NCBI GenBank assembly: GCA_022813965.1
Contig: JALDZS010000053.1
Location: forward strand, 62,001-126,000
Direction of reading: 5' to 3'
DNA: 64,000 bases
From: Toensbergia leucococca
Lineage: Eukaryota
A program made the position numbers and the translations under genes. Under the pieces are notes generated by a model. The model had not been told where the DNA came from. It ran no database searches and worked only from the letters and a program-made list of their open reading frames with translations. Positions 11,771 through 24,807 of the stretch are shown here, piece after piece. The first letter of the stretch is position 1, and every line of letters starts with the position of its first letter.

Positions 11771-12751
11771 ATTGATCCCAGCACACACCCCCTTTCCGAT
11801 CCCAGCACCCCTTTCCCCCCCCCTTCCCACCTCCAGGCCGCAAAACCACCGAGCGAAATCTAATCATTCAGCACCACACATCACTCACCTCGATACCCTA
11901 CCACCTATGACAAGCCTCCCACCCCCCGAATTCCGCATACCATGCATCTCCCACCCCCACCTCCACTGCAGTAGATATACATCCAGATATGGCATCACGT
12001 CTCCCACTTGAAAAAATTCTCCACCCCCGTCCGGGCGCCAAATACCAGAATTTTATGATAATCTCTACCTCCACCCTCTTGAACCCAATTAAATAAATAG
12101 ATCCGAGATCTACTATTGGTTCAGCTGTGGCGCACCCCCCGTGGCCGTGCCGTCCTACAGGATACAGGAGACCTCGGGGTGTGAGATGATGATAATAAGA
12201 GGTGATTTGAGTACACGGAGAGGAATGGCTCGATTTGAGAGGGGTAATCAGCAGACGGTAGATAGCTTTGCGTGGAGCAGGATATGGAAGAGTGACTCCC
12301 CGGTGTTGTGGGGGTGGAGGGAGCTAGACCCAGACCTAGACCTAGACCTAGAGGGCGAGGTGCGAGGTGCGAGGACGAAGGGGCAGGAGGTGCACTCGCC
12401 GAACGCACAACCTCCACCCTACCCTATAGATAACAGAGTATTTTCATGAGGTAGATAGCATGCAGGATTTTGCACCCCCCAGGGGTGTGTGTGAATCGTG
12501 CGCCCGAGGGTGGAGGGAATCAAGTCAGGATGTTTGTCGAAAAAGCATGGTTTTTTTCCTCTTCTCCCTACTCTAGGTGATTTGGCTTTCTAGATGGGCC
12601 ACGCAGATCGAACAAGTGAAATGAAATGGGCTTGCAAAGGTTGTGGGGGGGGGAATTGAGGTGAGATGGATGTGGGGCTGAATGATGAGATTTCACTTGT
12701 GTGATTTTGCGCTCGAAAGGGGGTGGTGGGGGGGAGTGTGATGGCATCAAT
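11771..12751. mobile_element. Diverged, longer copy 2 of the same long-TIR element, in opposite orientation
   Basis: 11838-11916 and the reverse complement of 12628-12715 resemble the TIRs of copy 1. The reverse complement of ~12495-12640 matches 8846-8985, and ~11940-12025 matches the reverse complement of 9110-9195. Boundaries are approximate. Confidence 0.7.
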
Positions 12752-12936
12752 AATCTCATAAAAGAAGGGGTGATCAAAAAGGGGGTGTATGGGAGGGGAA
12801 AAACAGCAACAGTCGCAGATAGAGTATTGAATATGCTTGCTTTGCACCTTCATATAAGTCATGAGATCCATATCTTTCATCAAACAAAGCTCACACACAC
12901 ACAAAAAAAAAAAAGCCCAAACCAAAATCCACCCCA

Positions 12937-15900
12937 TCACTTCAACAACTTCAGCTCACTCTCAAGATCCCACACCCTCCCAACCGTCCCTTGCCCCTTC
13001 ATCTCCCTAGCAAAATCAGCAGCACTCTCAATAGCCCTCTGCTTCTGCCGAATCAGATTACTCTGAATAGTCGCCTGCCTCTGCATCGTCTTCACCCTTC
13101 GATCGTCCTGCCGTTGCGCGTGCCGCTCCTCGTCATCGGCAAGCATCTTACTTCGCGCCCTCTGCTTGTTGAACGCCTTCAGTTCCCTCGCCTCCTTTTC
13201 CTTGGCCTCGGTCGCTTCAGCTTCGCGTCGTCTGGTCTCCACACGCTCCTCTTCTTGCTGACGTGCTTTGATGGCAGCTGCGACCTTTCGCTCTCCGTCT
13301 GCAATGACATCAAGGCGCTGCTGCTCACGCCGCTGCTCCGCCCGCGCTTCTGCATCTAATCGAGCTTGTTCCTCATCTCTCCTTCTTTCCTCTATCTCAC
13401 GTGCACGTGCTTCTTCTTCTCGTCGCTTGCGGGCGTCTTCGGCCTCTGCCACGGCGGTACGAATGTTCGGAGGGAGCCCGCAAGCACCTACAGGCTGATT
13501 GGCACCTTTTTGAGCGTCCCAGTATCGATCGCCACAGCCAAAAGCGCGAAGAGCTTCTACCAATTTTTGAGCGGGGCATCCTAATACCGTGCAGCAAGGA
13601 TGCCGCATGTCTAGATTGCTGCGAGGCGACTGGGCGCATTTGAAACGCCGGACGTACATTGTGGGACTGTAGCAGAGACCGTTGTTGCAATAGTAAAGAT
13701 TGTTGTCTTCATTGATTGTCTCGCACAAGGCAGGGAAAATGGTAAGGAGGGCTTTGATCATTGCGAATGGCGAGATATTGTCGACAGCCTGGAGGATGAC
13801 GGACTTTCCTTGTGAGCGCTTATTCAAGTTTGGCTTCGCTTTTGCGAGTGTTTTAAGAGTCGCTTTGAGATGAGCTGGGTTCCTGTCTGAGTCGGCTTTG
13901 TAACACAGATTCTCCAAGGGAGTACGATGATCAGTGAGATTGATCCCTGGAAGATTGATTTGGGCACCTTGGTCAAGGAGCATCTTCGCTGGAGAGGAAT
14001 TTAGGTTCTGGCAAGCAATGTGTAGAGACTCATCCTTACGGTCCGCCTCATACTCAAGGAGAAGTTTCATGCTCTCTAAATTGCCGGCACGTGTCGCGTA
14101 GTATAGAGGTGTACCATGAAATCCGTCCTCGGTATTGGGGTCGGCATGAGCTTCCAAGAGTTGCAGAACAACGTCGGGATGACATACAGCAGCTGCGATA
14201 ACGAGTGGGCTGTTACCAGACCTTGCTGTCCTGAAGTTGGAATCGGCTGGCGGTAAGGAGAATAAGTATCAGTGTGCACGAGCTTCAGGGTCTGCATTCC
14301 AGGACGGACTTACCTCCATGATTTAGAAGCGTTTTCACAGTGCACGTTTCAAGCTTCGAGTCGGCTTGACATAGAAGCCAAAGTAGCGGAGAGACCTCTT
14401 CCATTCCATGATCACGCCCAAAGTTCCAGGTAAAAGGTGCATTCGCGGGACAACCATTACCAAGGAGCTGCCGTAGCAGGTCTGGCTTGTCCGGATGGCG
14501 ATGCAAGACTAGATAAAGCGGACTCCTTGATGGCTCGTCTTCCTCGAAATATATAAATTTTCTTTCTCCAGAGTGCTTTAGGAACAGCTCTACCATAGCC
14601 AAGAGCGACTTTTCCCCAGCGTCTGATTCCAAGAGCGAATAGAAAGCAGAGCACAACGTACTTTCGTTGGGTTCTCGGCTTAATAACAATTCGACGAGTC
14701 TAAGGTCGTTATTATTCACGGCAATAGAAAGACATTTGCCACTCTTGAAATCAACATTCAATGCCGAAGGACAGGCAAGGACACAGTCTGAGAAATCAAT
14801 TGCGAGTGGATTTATTGAAGTCATACAGTCGAGGAACTTCTGATCGACAGATGCGCCGGCAGCTCCATGCTGGAGCAAATGTTTCATGACTGTTAGGAGG
14901 AGCTGGGAGCCAACGTTTCTCATCTTTGAGTCATCCGCTATGGCCTTGAATGCGCTGGAATAGACCTGCCGCTGCGGTGTCACTGTAGCCAGAAGTTCAA
15001 GAGATCTGATGTCAGCTTGCTCCGTAGCAATGATGACGCTCTTGCCATTCTCAAAATTCGGATCTGCACCGCTTTGAAGCAGATGTTGGGCTAGACTATG
15101 GTCTTGCTCTCGGACCGCTTGTATCAATGCATTGTGTAATGTTGCGTTTCTGGCCACCCCAGCTCTAGTAAGTAGCCGCACTGAAGAAAGCCTCGTTGGA
15201 GCGTTGAGACTACTTCCTCGCATCATCATCTCGATAGCTTCTGATCTATACGCAGGGTTGTGGGTTTGAACTAGCAGATGCTCCAAAATTGACTGGTAAC
15301 CATTGGCAGCAGCTAGCTTGATAGCTCGCCCGTTGTCGAAATCAACAGAGGCCGCATTCTTCAACAGAAGATCTATGGTCGACTGTGAGCCAGGCCCTTC
15401 GGACACAGCGTTTATAAGTGCAACATTGACTTCTGCTCCGCTAGCACCGCTAGAAAATAGCACTATAAGGATTTGTAAGCGGACAGTTTGTTCGTGAGCC
15501 ATCGCAAGAGGTACTAGAGAAGCAAGGATGCAGGAAGCTCCTCGACCACGAACAAGTGCTTGCAAGATATCAACGTGAAGGGCTTGAGAGACAACATGCT
15601 TGATAGCGTCACCGTGAGAAAAATCTATTCGAGCCCCATGCTCTAGGAGTATTTCGATGACCCGCAGATTGCAACCTGGTCTGTGTACTTCCGTTATGAG
15701 TGAACGGCTGACTTGATCGCCTTTCGCTCCACCGTGCAGTAGCATAGACATGAATCTATACCGTACTTGAACTCCGACTTCATTCATCACAGTGGGAAGC
15801 ATGCTTGCCAATATGCGGTGGCTGGGCTTACTTCCTATGAGATACTCGAGTAGCGTCGTATTCTTCGACAGGATCGCTAGCTCTATTGCTTTGCCGCTGT

Positions 15901-18358
15901 CATGACTACAAGATGCTCCATAGTCCAGAAGCATCTTTACGATCTCTAGGTTGCACGCCGCACCATTGTTGATCTCTCTTACAAGAGCACGGTCAATTTC
16001 TTCTCGACTGATACCAGCTTGCAACAATAGTCCTAGCTTTGCTTGTCGATCCTTCGTATGAGGATCAAGCGCAGCCGGTAGCGCCGCTGTGATTGTGGGT
16101 TGCTCCGGCTTATTGAAATCCAGGATGAAGGAGATTATCGATATCGATGAAGAGACCATTGCCTTGGACAGTGGTTGGCCTCTGCGATCATTTATATCTG
16201 CTTTAGTGAGTAGCAAGCGAATAAGCTCTTCGTCAACTCGACGTTCCCCGAAAGCCTCGTACAAAGCTTCCGAAACATTTGAACCTTGAGCACCATGGTC
16301 AAGAAGTAAGGTGGCGGCTTTACGTCTTAGGTCCGGCTGCTTAATTCGCATGACATCGGCTACAGCCAGAGAAAGTGAAGCAGGTTCTGGATTGTGTCGT
16401 ACAAGTAGCTCCAGCAGCTCTAGAAATCCTCTCTGCGAAGCCAACTGAAAGCATTTTCCGTTCAAGCAATTCACGTTTGCCCCAGCGTTGAGAATGAGAT
16501 TCGCAAGATCCAAATTGACCGGCTCGGACAGTGGATCTACAGCTTCCATCAAAGCCACGTCCAAAACAGGGGTAGGTATGCCAATAGGCTGTGCAGCATC
16601 AATGATGGACTTGGTCATGTCGTATCTTAGCCGATTAGGACCAGAAGGAATTTGGGGAAGTACATGTTGCATTAATGTCTGTTTTGGTCTCCCTTTACTT
16701 AAAAGTAACTTGAAGCTTTCCAAGTCCCCTCCGCTGACACATATTTGGAGAGCTTGTGCATCGTTGTAGTTCACACTGGCCTTGTGATTGAGGAGTAGCT
16801 TCGTTATGCTGGTCAGTCGCTGTTGCACTGAGACGACAAGAGCTCTATCCAGTGGCAGTCCAGTAGCGCCTTTAGCTTTCGATAGAAGGATGGACATCAA
16901 CTCAAATGTCCGATCTTCTACGAAAGGCCGCCGAATGTCGTCAAATCGGTCGATCGCACATTCTAGCCTGACCTCGCCAAGCAGGAGTGTTCTGACGAGC
17001 TTTACGTCTCCAGCAGCAACCGCTATTCGCAGGCTCTTCGCCCTTTGGTAATGCAGCGAAGCCCCATACTTGACGAGTAAACGCGCAAGACTCAACTCGC
17101 CGACTCGAACGACTTGAACAAGAGTCTCGGCCACACAGTCGCCCTGTGCACCACCACAAAGTAGAAGCTCGAGCAACAACTTTCTCTTCGAGGGCGGAAT
17201 TACACTATTCGCTGAGAAGGCGTCCTCGAATATGCTAGAGACTGCTTCTATGCTTGGCTTGCCCTTCATGATAGCGAGAACAAGATCAACTCGCTGGTCT
17301 TGCACAGCCTTCCGTAGGGCAGCTGCACGGTTGTAGTTGACGTCTGCTCCATGTAAGATGAGTACTGAGACAATCTCTGCTTGTCCCTGCGATGCTGCTG
17401 TCGGTAAATTTTCGGTAAGATAGTTCTTGTGGACCTTGACCCGAGCTCGAAGCAGTAATTTGACTAATGCAGGATGCTGAGATCTGATTGCGGATTGAAA
17501 GATAGTTCCACTCATTGCATTTGGGTTTGCTTCAAATTGCAGAAGAGTCTCTACCACCTTCGGCAAGTTCTGCTTGACGGCTTTGTCTAGCGCCTCTCCC
17601 AAGCTTATTGATGAGGCGCCGCGGCTGGCAAGTAGGAGGACCATATCAACGTCGTTCTTTGATGCTGCTGTTGATATGTAATCTGTAGGTGTTGACGTGA
17701 CACTGTGCCTACGTAGTATCCTGGAAGTGGCCGTTTCCGTCACGGTATTGACGTCTGCTCCCATGTCAAGGAGTGCTTCTGCTACATCAACCATTCCAGA
17801 TTCTATAACTTCTTTCAATGCCTGGCTTTTTTCTTCACCGCTGAATTTCCAATTGCTAGTGTCTGATGATTTTCGCTTCGACAACTTTGATCTCAATGAT
17901 TTCCTAGTGTCTTCAGCAGGTCGATTCCTGACGAGAATGTTATGAGCTAGCTGATGACTCAAGGCCGATGCGGTCGGGACACGGGGCGGCCGAGGTTCGA
18001 TGTCAGGCTCTATTGTGACATCCGGACATTCAATCTTTATGATGGATTTCAATCTCTTTTCTCGGTCGTCAGCACTCGTCTGTGTGCTGCTTTGAGATAT
18101 GACAGTCCCAGTTTCGGGAAAGTCCTGAGCCTGCTCCGCAATTTCTTCCGAAACTTCCAAACCAGCCTGACTCAATGCTTCTAGACCAGCCAAGTTCACG
18201 AAGGAGTGAGAGGTTGCGGATGTCTGAAGGTATCGGCGAAGTCCATTGGGAGTCGTTGTGCCAGCATGCGTAGACATGTTTGACCGATCTATCACCCTTA
18301 AAGACGTACGCCTATTGATGTGGGATGTTGTCGGTGGCAACTCTGAAGATTCAGCCAT
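12937..18358 (-). CDS. Large ankyrin-repeat protein (~1784 aa) with a C-terminal coiled coil, 2 exons
   Basis: Dozens of degenerate ANK units (LLxxGAxVN, AL..AV). Intron 14247-14313 (GTAAGT..CAG) restores HGADSNFRTARSGNSPL. E/R/A-rich helical tail. Confidence 0.9.
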
Positions 18359-20635
18359 TAGTGTATGCTGATCGACAGCATTCGTACAGCTGATGCAAGT
18401 TCCTACATCGCTGATTCACCTCATGACCTTCCTCTTGAGGCAGGGGAGCTGAGGGAAAGATCGCGGGGAATCTTTGTAATCATTTGCTTCGTACCAAAGC
18501 GTAAGGACTTTGGCCTGATACAGTCAGATCTCGTCTTACCGGCCCTTCCAGTAGTATTGGTAGAGTGATGTGCTTTCAATTGTATTCCAGCTCGTTCTGG
18601 GAAATCTGGATCTTGGAGATTATCTGCTGCACATGAGCCTCTAGGCTGGACCTTGGGTCAGTGCAATGGCAAGCCCAAGCTCAGTGGGTGAAAACACACT
18701 GGCTTATCAACCTCAGTGTAGGTGCAGCGCCTATCATAGTGCAGACAAGACGGTCATTCATTTGTTGCTCTTTCGGACCAACAATTATGTTGTGTCTGCT
18801 CTCGTTGAAGAAGTCCACGATCCCATGGTTGAGCGCGTCTTGCGTTCTTGACTGAATCCGCTTTTCCAGTATCAAAGCTAGCGTTGGGCACCAAAAGATC
18901 ATAGACTTAAGGCGAAGACATATTGGAAGGCTTTCCAGCCTTGTGCTAACCGCTGAGGCGTCACCCCACACCCTCCACACGGCGTAGAGGGGCATTGCGG
19001 CACCCTTGCATAAATACGTCTTGTAAGCCATTTTGCGGAATCGATAGCCGGGAAACTTCACGAGGCATTGATCGCTCGGGAATTTGCGAGCAGGCGGCGT
19101 AGGTAAAGTTGTTCGATATCACAGCGATATGCAGCGAGTCTAGGCCCGCCTGTCGAAATCGAAATCGAAATCGACTCGACCAGGCATGTGGGATTTGATC
19201 AGGGAAGGAAGCTGCTGGCATTACTATGGCCACTAATATTGAGAGCCTAGAAAGTTGGATTATCTTCGCATTTAAACTCGGCCGTCTCAACGTCTCGAAA
19301 ATCCTGATGCCGTCACTCTCGTTCCGTCAAACTTTAGCGGTGCGTTCCAGGTACACGACTGAATACCTAGAACTTACAACTCCAGCACTTTGTTACCCGG
19401 ATAATCAGCAAGCTTTGCATAAGGGTTGGATGCCACGCGGAAAGGTTGCCGCTAGAATCAGATTAGATACTTGTACTATGACGAGTACTTTTGTACATGA
19501 TTTACTGCTCTGTCACAGACTCCATTCCTTGCTTATTACCTCCCTAGAAATTCTCCACGGGGGAGCATACAAGAGAGTTTCATATGCCCTTATTGATCTT
19601 CAAGTATTAATCTTACCTCCCTCGCGCCGACAATTGAAAGCCGGAACTTTTAGGCGACCCCTCACTCACCTAGGATTTCCAGATTTCAGTTATCGGTGCG
19701 AGCCTCTCCCTCTTTCCCTGCATAGAGACTTCTATCTCATCAACCACCACTCTCAATATAAATATTGAAAACTTCTTTGAATAAAGGTCATGTGAAGAGC
19801 TCACTCACTAATAATGAAGTTCGAAAGAGCTGCTTCCCGGCCAAAACATCGACATGGAATGCTTTGTATATGTTGGCTCTTGTACTCGCGAGAGCAGTCT
19901 CAATAGTCTCGTTCACCATAGCATGTCTAGCCTGTCTGATTGCAAATTTGATCGCAAACAGAATAACCGTGCATGAGAGTAGTGAGTAAAAGCTGCCTAT
20001 TATAAAGATGGAAAAATACATCCCTCAACCGATTGAATAAGCACATTACGTACAGCATTGCTGTGACTCAGGACAAGCAGGTTGCACACTCCCTTGTCAT
20101 GGCCACGCTAGGGATGGTTTTGCCTGAAGGTGTGTTGGCTGTAAACGAAGACGGCAGCTTCTTGACCAATCTGCTGGCAAATACATAATCAGTTAACGTT
20201 GATGGCCCTTTGAGGCTTCAGGGACCCATCCATCACACATCACCTAGGATCAAGTTGAAGATGAAATGAGGGTGAGTCCGCTTGTTGCTTTTCCTCATTC
20301 TGCTCAGTACTGTGCGCACCATGACCTAAGCCCGTAAATAAGGTGCGAGTTTGATGACTTGAATTGAATTACCAACACACTCAAAGCAGACATATGTTGA
20401 CTCGTGCTGGTGACTGTGAGCTTCGTTTTATTGACTATGTCATGGTGTACTTACTCGAGTAGAGAATACAAGGTGAGACGGGCGACCAGGAGCCTGATCG
20501 TAAGTGTACTGATAGTCATATGGAGTGCCTCAAATGGCAAGGGGATCTTGAATTCCAAACGAAATATCACTCTTTCCATTTCCCTTACAATACCTTAGAT
20601 CAATCCGGGCTACACCAAATGGCCTATAAGAAAAG

Positions 20636-21470
20636 TCATATCCCAGACCTCCTCTTTCTCCCCTCTCCATCCGGCCACCTCACCATAGCCCGGTCCTCAA
20701 TCCTCCACCCATCACCGTTAAGGACCGCCGGTCCCAAATCTTGAAACCCCACACTCATGTAAAGGCTTGCCCCATCCGGCGAAGCCGCCAATCCAATCGG
20801 CACTCTTTCGGTATTGCTCCGCTCGATCCCCCACTTTAACAATCTCTTTCCGATTCCTCTCCTCTGATACCTGGGATGTACTCCCAAGAACGAAAGCCAT
20901 ATGTGCTCCTGATGATTGTTCAGGGCTTCATGGATTGGATTGATCTTGTTTGTCAAGGCAGCGTTGTAGGCCTGCAGGCGGTGATAATCGTATGATGGAT
21001 CTAAATGAAAAAAAGACACGTAGCGAGTCTCTGCTTTCGCAGCGTTTCGTTCAAATCCTAAACCAAACATCACATCAGTCTCCAGCTGGCTTCCATTCCC
21101 CGATGATAGTTTTCCCTAACAGCCAAGAATGATAGTATAAGAGCGTACGCTTCATCCAGCCATCCTTTCCCCAAGCCTCCCCATCAAATGCCTCCTTCCC
21201 TACTCGCTCCCAAAGCGCAAAGCCCAGGACCTCGCTCCCCACTCTCTCGTCCCACCAATCATCGGTATCATCACTAACGATCACTCTAATTGCACAACCG
21301 GGCATGTGCAAGTCTGAGCGCAGCATTCGAATGAAATAGTCGCGTAGGCGTCCTGGATACTGGTGCCGGAAGGGCCGCAGGAAAGCGAATACGTCGTCAT
21401 TGGCGAAGGCGAGGGAGGCGGTGGTCGCGCAGGCGGGGAGAAGGGTAAGGTCTAGGGGAAGGGAGTGCAT
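20636..21470 (-). CDS. GNAT-family N-acetyltransferase (247 aa), 2 exons
   Basis: LGVHPRYQRRGIGKRLL motif A and GASLYMSVGF motif B. Intron 21058-21148 (GTACGC..TAG) joins the two ORFs in frame. Confidence 0.9.
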
Positions 21471-22129
21471 CTTTAGGGGGAATAGTTGGCTCTCGGGTAG
21501 TGAGGAAAAGAGGAGAGATTGCTCAACGTTGATGATACGAGAAACTCATGGACAAACGGCAAGTAGTGAAAAGGGCCTTTCTGAGAAGGAGTCAATGGAG
21601 ATGGTGCTAGAATGGAGCATTTTTGTACAGATATCTCGAAAAGATCAGCCATGATCCTGTCAGCATTGATGTTGCACGAAGAGCAGAAGCGGTGTGAAAA
21701 TTAAAGAAAGCCATTTGTATCGTTTTGTAACTGGAGACCGTAATTCCCGCGGAACCTTAGTATCTTCAAATTTGAAAGCGAACACACGTAATTGCCGTTG
21801 AATATGGGTACGAGTATTGTAGAGTGCAGGAAAAATTTCCGGTGGAGAAAATGATTCTAGGAGCTTGGGCACCAGGCTAAATAGTCGACAATATTCTTAC
21901 CAGCCGTGCCAGCGTAGGTATTTAAAGGCTCTCGGACTTGCTGGATTCCCTACACTGATGATAGAAGCGAGATAGATATTACTTGGGAGCCACGAGGCAG
22001 CTCGGAGTATGTGATGCAATTTCAAAGATCGACAGAGATCTTGTGTGAAATACAATCCGACATATTCGCCAGTGTGCCTCAGCGCGTAGGCTATTAAATC
22101 TAAGCTCTCCGCTGCGTCCCCGTCATCTA

Positions 22130-22430
22130 GTGCTTGTGTCTCTACAAGTTGTGATTCAGGTTTCTGCAAATTTTCATGTTGAGATATCAACGTCGCATAA
22201 CGCTATCCTGATGAAATGTCTTCGTCACTGTCCAGCCTCCCTCCTCCTAGCCTACTCCGTACCAATGCTTCGATTATCCGAGAAGTACCTGTTGATTTGG
22301 TCACTCTATCTCGCGGGAGCTATGGACATTGCTACCAAGGCGGTCATACGATGGCTGATCAGAACCCTTCGATCCTTGAATCGATCGATGGGTGTTCAGC
22401 AAGCTATGGTACTGGCAGGTATGTGGAAGA
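22130..22430 (+). pseudogene. Relic of the C-terminal part of a Zn(II)2Cys6-type fungal transcription factor
   Basis: PMLRLSEKYLLIWSLYLAGAMDIATKAVIRWLIRTLRSLNRSMGVQQAMVLA resembles the LLWPLY...W...L..IG..MGI.QA..LA tail of fungal C6 factors. No intact upstream zinc cluster was found. Confidence 0.55.
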
Positions 22431-23048
22431 AGAGCTGGGATTCAACGACCAACATGTTTCGAGAGACTTTTATGCAGATGCATCGATGTAGCGAAGAGAT
22501 CCAATATGGAAAAAGATATACAGATCAAGGCTCGTCGAAATTGCTGCATAATTTGCTCAATACTGCTTTTCAATCTGAAAGATTCTCAAGGCAATGTCCT
22601 GTTCAAAGTAATCACTGTATACTTCGGCTTTTCTTTTTCGGAAAGGTGCTTTTAGACAGCGCACGTTGGTAACAGGGGAGCTAGATCAGGTATTGTTGGG
22701 AAGTCATCACTGAGGTCAGGAGGCTCACAGTGTATGGCGAAATGATGTACCCTGTGCAAAACCTGCCTCTAAGACTCAATTCGTCACCAAACGAAGAAGG
22801 CTGATTCAATATTACAGAAAATTTGCGGCACGGATTATGATTCTTGTTTCGGACCAAGCAAACAACACCGTCCTATTAGGATACTAATTGAAAATCAGGT
22901 CATGACAGCAAGTTTCGCCAACCTAAGTACCCAAGAACTTCCAGATGGGTATCAAGTGGACAGAAGAGGATAAAGTTTCAAATGTCAAGATTCCACCAGC
23001 TGTTCAGTGAAACTCAATCCGATGCGGCAGGACGTGCTCCCATACTTT

Positions 23049-23573
23049 TCACCTGATGGTACGCTCCTCAGCCTCGCTTCCTTTCTTCTCGTGCCTATGA
23101 AGAAAGCCCGACAGCGATCTTCTATTCCTGCCCTTCTCTTTTTTTTCATGTGCATCATCTTCGACATGGTGCTCGCCTTGCACGACCTCCGGCGTCCCAT
23201 GCTTCGGAGGGCCAGGACCCATGGAAGCCGGTAGAGGCGCTGTCGGTAGAGGTTTGAAGGTAAGCACGTCCCCGATAGCCATGCCGTAGCCTGGAGACAA
23301 TGCTATTGTGCCGGCTTGGCCTGGTCGAACTAATTCCTGCTCTTTGGCCCAAGCGCGTAATGCAGCGGTTTTGGGGTCAGAATCATCGAGTGGGTTGTGG
23401 GCTGGCGGTGCATGTAAGGGCCCCTTGTCGGGCGAGTGGGGTCCCAAGTCGCTCAGTGTGGTGCGCCTTTTGCTAAAGTCTTGGGCCTCGTTTGTGGAGG
23501 ATGCATAGGTTGTTTCTTGAGTGCTGGGTTGTTTGACTTCTTCCGAAGTAGGCATGGCTGATTTAGGCACCAT
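23049..23573 (-). CDS. Hypothetical hydrophilic protein (174 aa)
   Basis: Clean ORF with a good start context (caaaATGG) and protein-like composition. No recognised domain. Confidence 0.6.
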   Translation of the reverse strand: MVPKSAMPTSEEVKQPSTQETTYASSTNEAQDFSKRRTTLSDLGPHSPDKGPLHAPPAHNPLDDSDPKTAALRAWAKEQELVRPGQAGTIALSPGYGMAIGDVLTFKPLPTAPLPASMGPGPPKHGTPEVVQGEHHVEDDAHEKKEKGRNRRSLSGFLHRHEKKGSEAEERTIR

Positions 23574-24565
23574 TTTGTGAGGGATAAATGGAAAATGGCT
23601 CTGAACTGCTCTGAAAGAAAAGAGCTTATATTGAGCAAGTAGACCGCTGTTTTATACCATTTGAGCTGGCTGAATTTGCTGCCGTCGCTGACGTCATGCA
23701 ACGGGTTTTTGTCCAGCTGTTTGGGGAGGGAAGCGTGCGTGTATTGATGAGGCTTGGTGGCTTTTGCACTCCGGTCTCCACGTGCACATATGTATGGCTA
23801 TGGACTCACGCTTTCTCGTACCAACAACACCTATGCCACCCGCCTTGGTGGTTAGGTTGTACAAACGGTCCCTCGGTCACCCGTTGCTTTTATTAGATAT
23901 TATTGCTACACTTGATAGGTAGGTGAATGATGGGCTTTGCTCGCGCAAGAGATTTAGGTGGTATGCTAATCGGAGCCAATACTAGGTAGGTACGATGTGC
24001 CCTGCATCAAGTCTCGACAGTCATTGAACTTGGACCCTGAACAAGTGTCAAACAGATAGTGAAGGGTCTGTCCGCTATTGATGTGTTTCAAGGAGGCTGG
24101 CGCGAAGTTTTCCTTCTCTACTTGATGTGTAGCTTGACCCGTTTGGCCGACTGAAATTCTTAACAAATAAATTAGAAAAGCTTGCGTGTTCAGACAAGAT
24201 TTGTTCAAGATCAATTTTTATTCATAGCTATGGCATCTAGCTTCGTCGACTTCTCCAAGCTACTAATGATTGCTGGCCATGGGTGGCAGGGTGAGCTATC
24301 CTCGCTACGTCCTTCGGAGCAAGATTGATAGTGAAGTGTTGCTTGACGTGCTGATTGATCGGGGTGGATACTATGTTCATATTGGAGCGATGGCGCGGGT
24401 ATGAATTTCTATAGGGAACGGCGGTGATGAATCTTCTCTGCTTTTGAGCACATTGTTGCTGTTGGGATATGTTCAATCAGTCTTCCCTTCAGTAACATTG
24501 TTTCTTGCTCTATTCACAGCCCCTTCGCAGCGATGCCATGGCTTTCTTTCTGTCTGCTCGACTCC

Positions 24566-24573
24566 TATATAAA
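24566..24573 (+). promoter_or_regulatory. Putative TATA box of the AT-hook gene
   Basis: TATATAAA ~240 bp upstream of ATG 24808, flanked by CT-rich sequence. Confidence 0.45.
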
Positions 24574-24631
24574 CCTCTTAAGACTTTCTGTTTTTCTCCT
24601 CATACAACATTCCACAAAGATTACAGCGAGA

Positions 24632-24687
24632 AAGACAACAGCGATAGACAACAGACAACGGACAACAGACAACAAACACCAGACAGA
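24632..24687 (+). repeat. Imperfect AGACAAC heptamer tandem repeat
   Basis: agacaaca...agacaacagacaacggacaacagacaacaaacaccagacag. Confidence 0.7.
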
Positions 24688-24807
24688 GATTTAAAGCTTC
24701 TTCCATTTCCTACTTCCAAAACATTACGAGTGACCCGGGCATTATCAATAGCTACCTCGTATTCTCCACAAAACTATCAGCCCTCTTCAATACTTTCATT
24801 GCTCATC

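Noticed and set aside
18365..20600. Several 60-180 aa ORFs upstream of the ankyrin gene, including 19226-19768 and hydrophobic 19788-20021
   Set aside because: No domain, splice support or coding-like composition. Treated as intergenic, although a small gene cannot be excluded.
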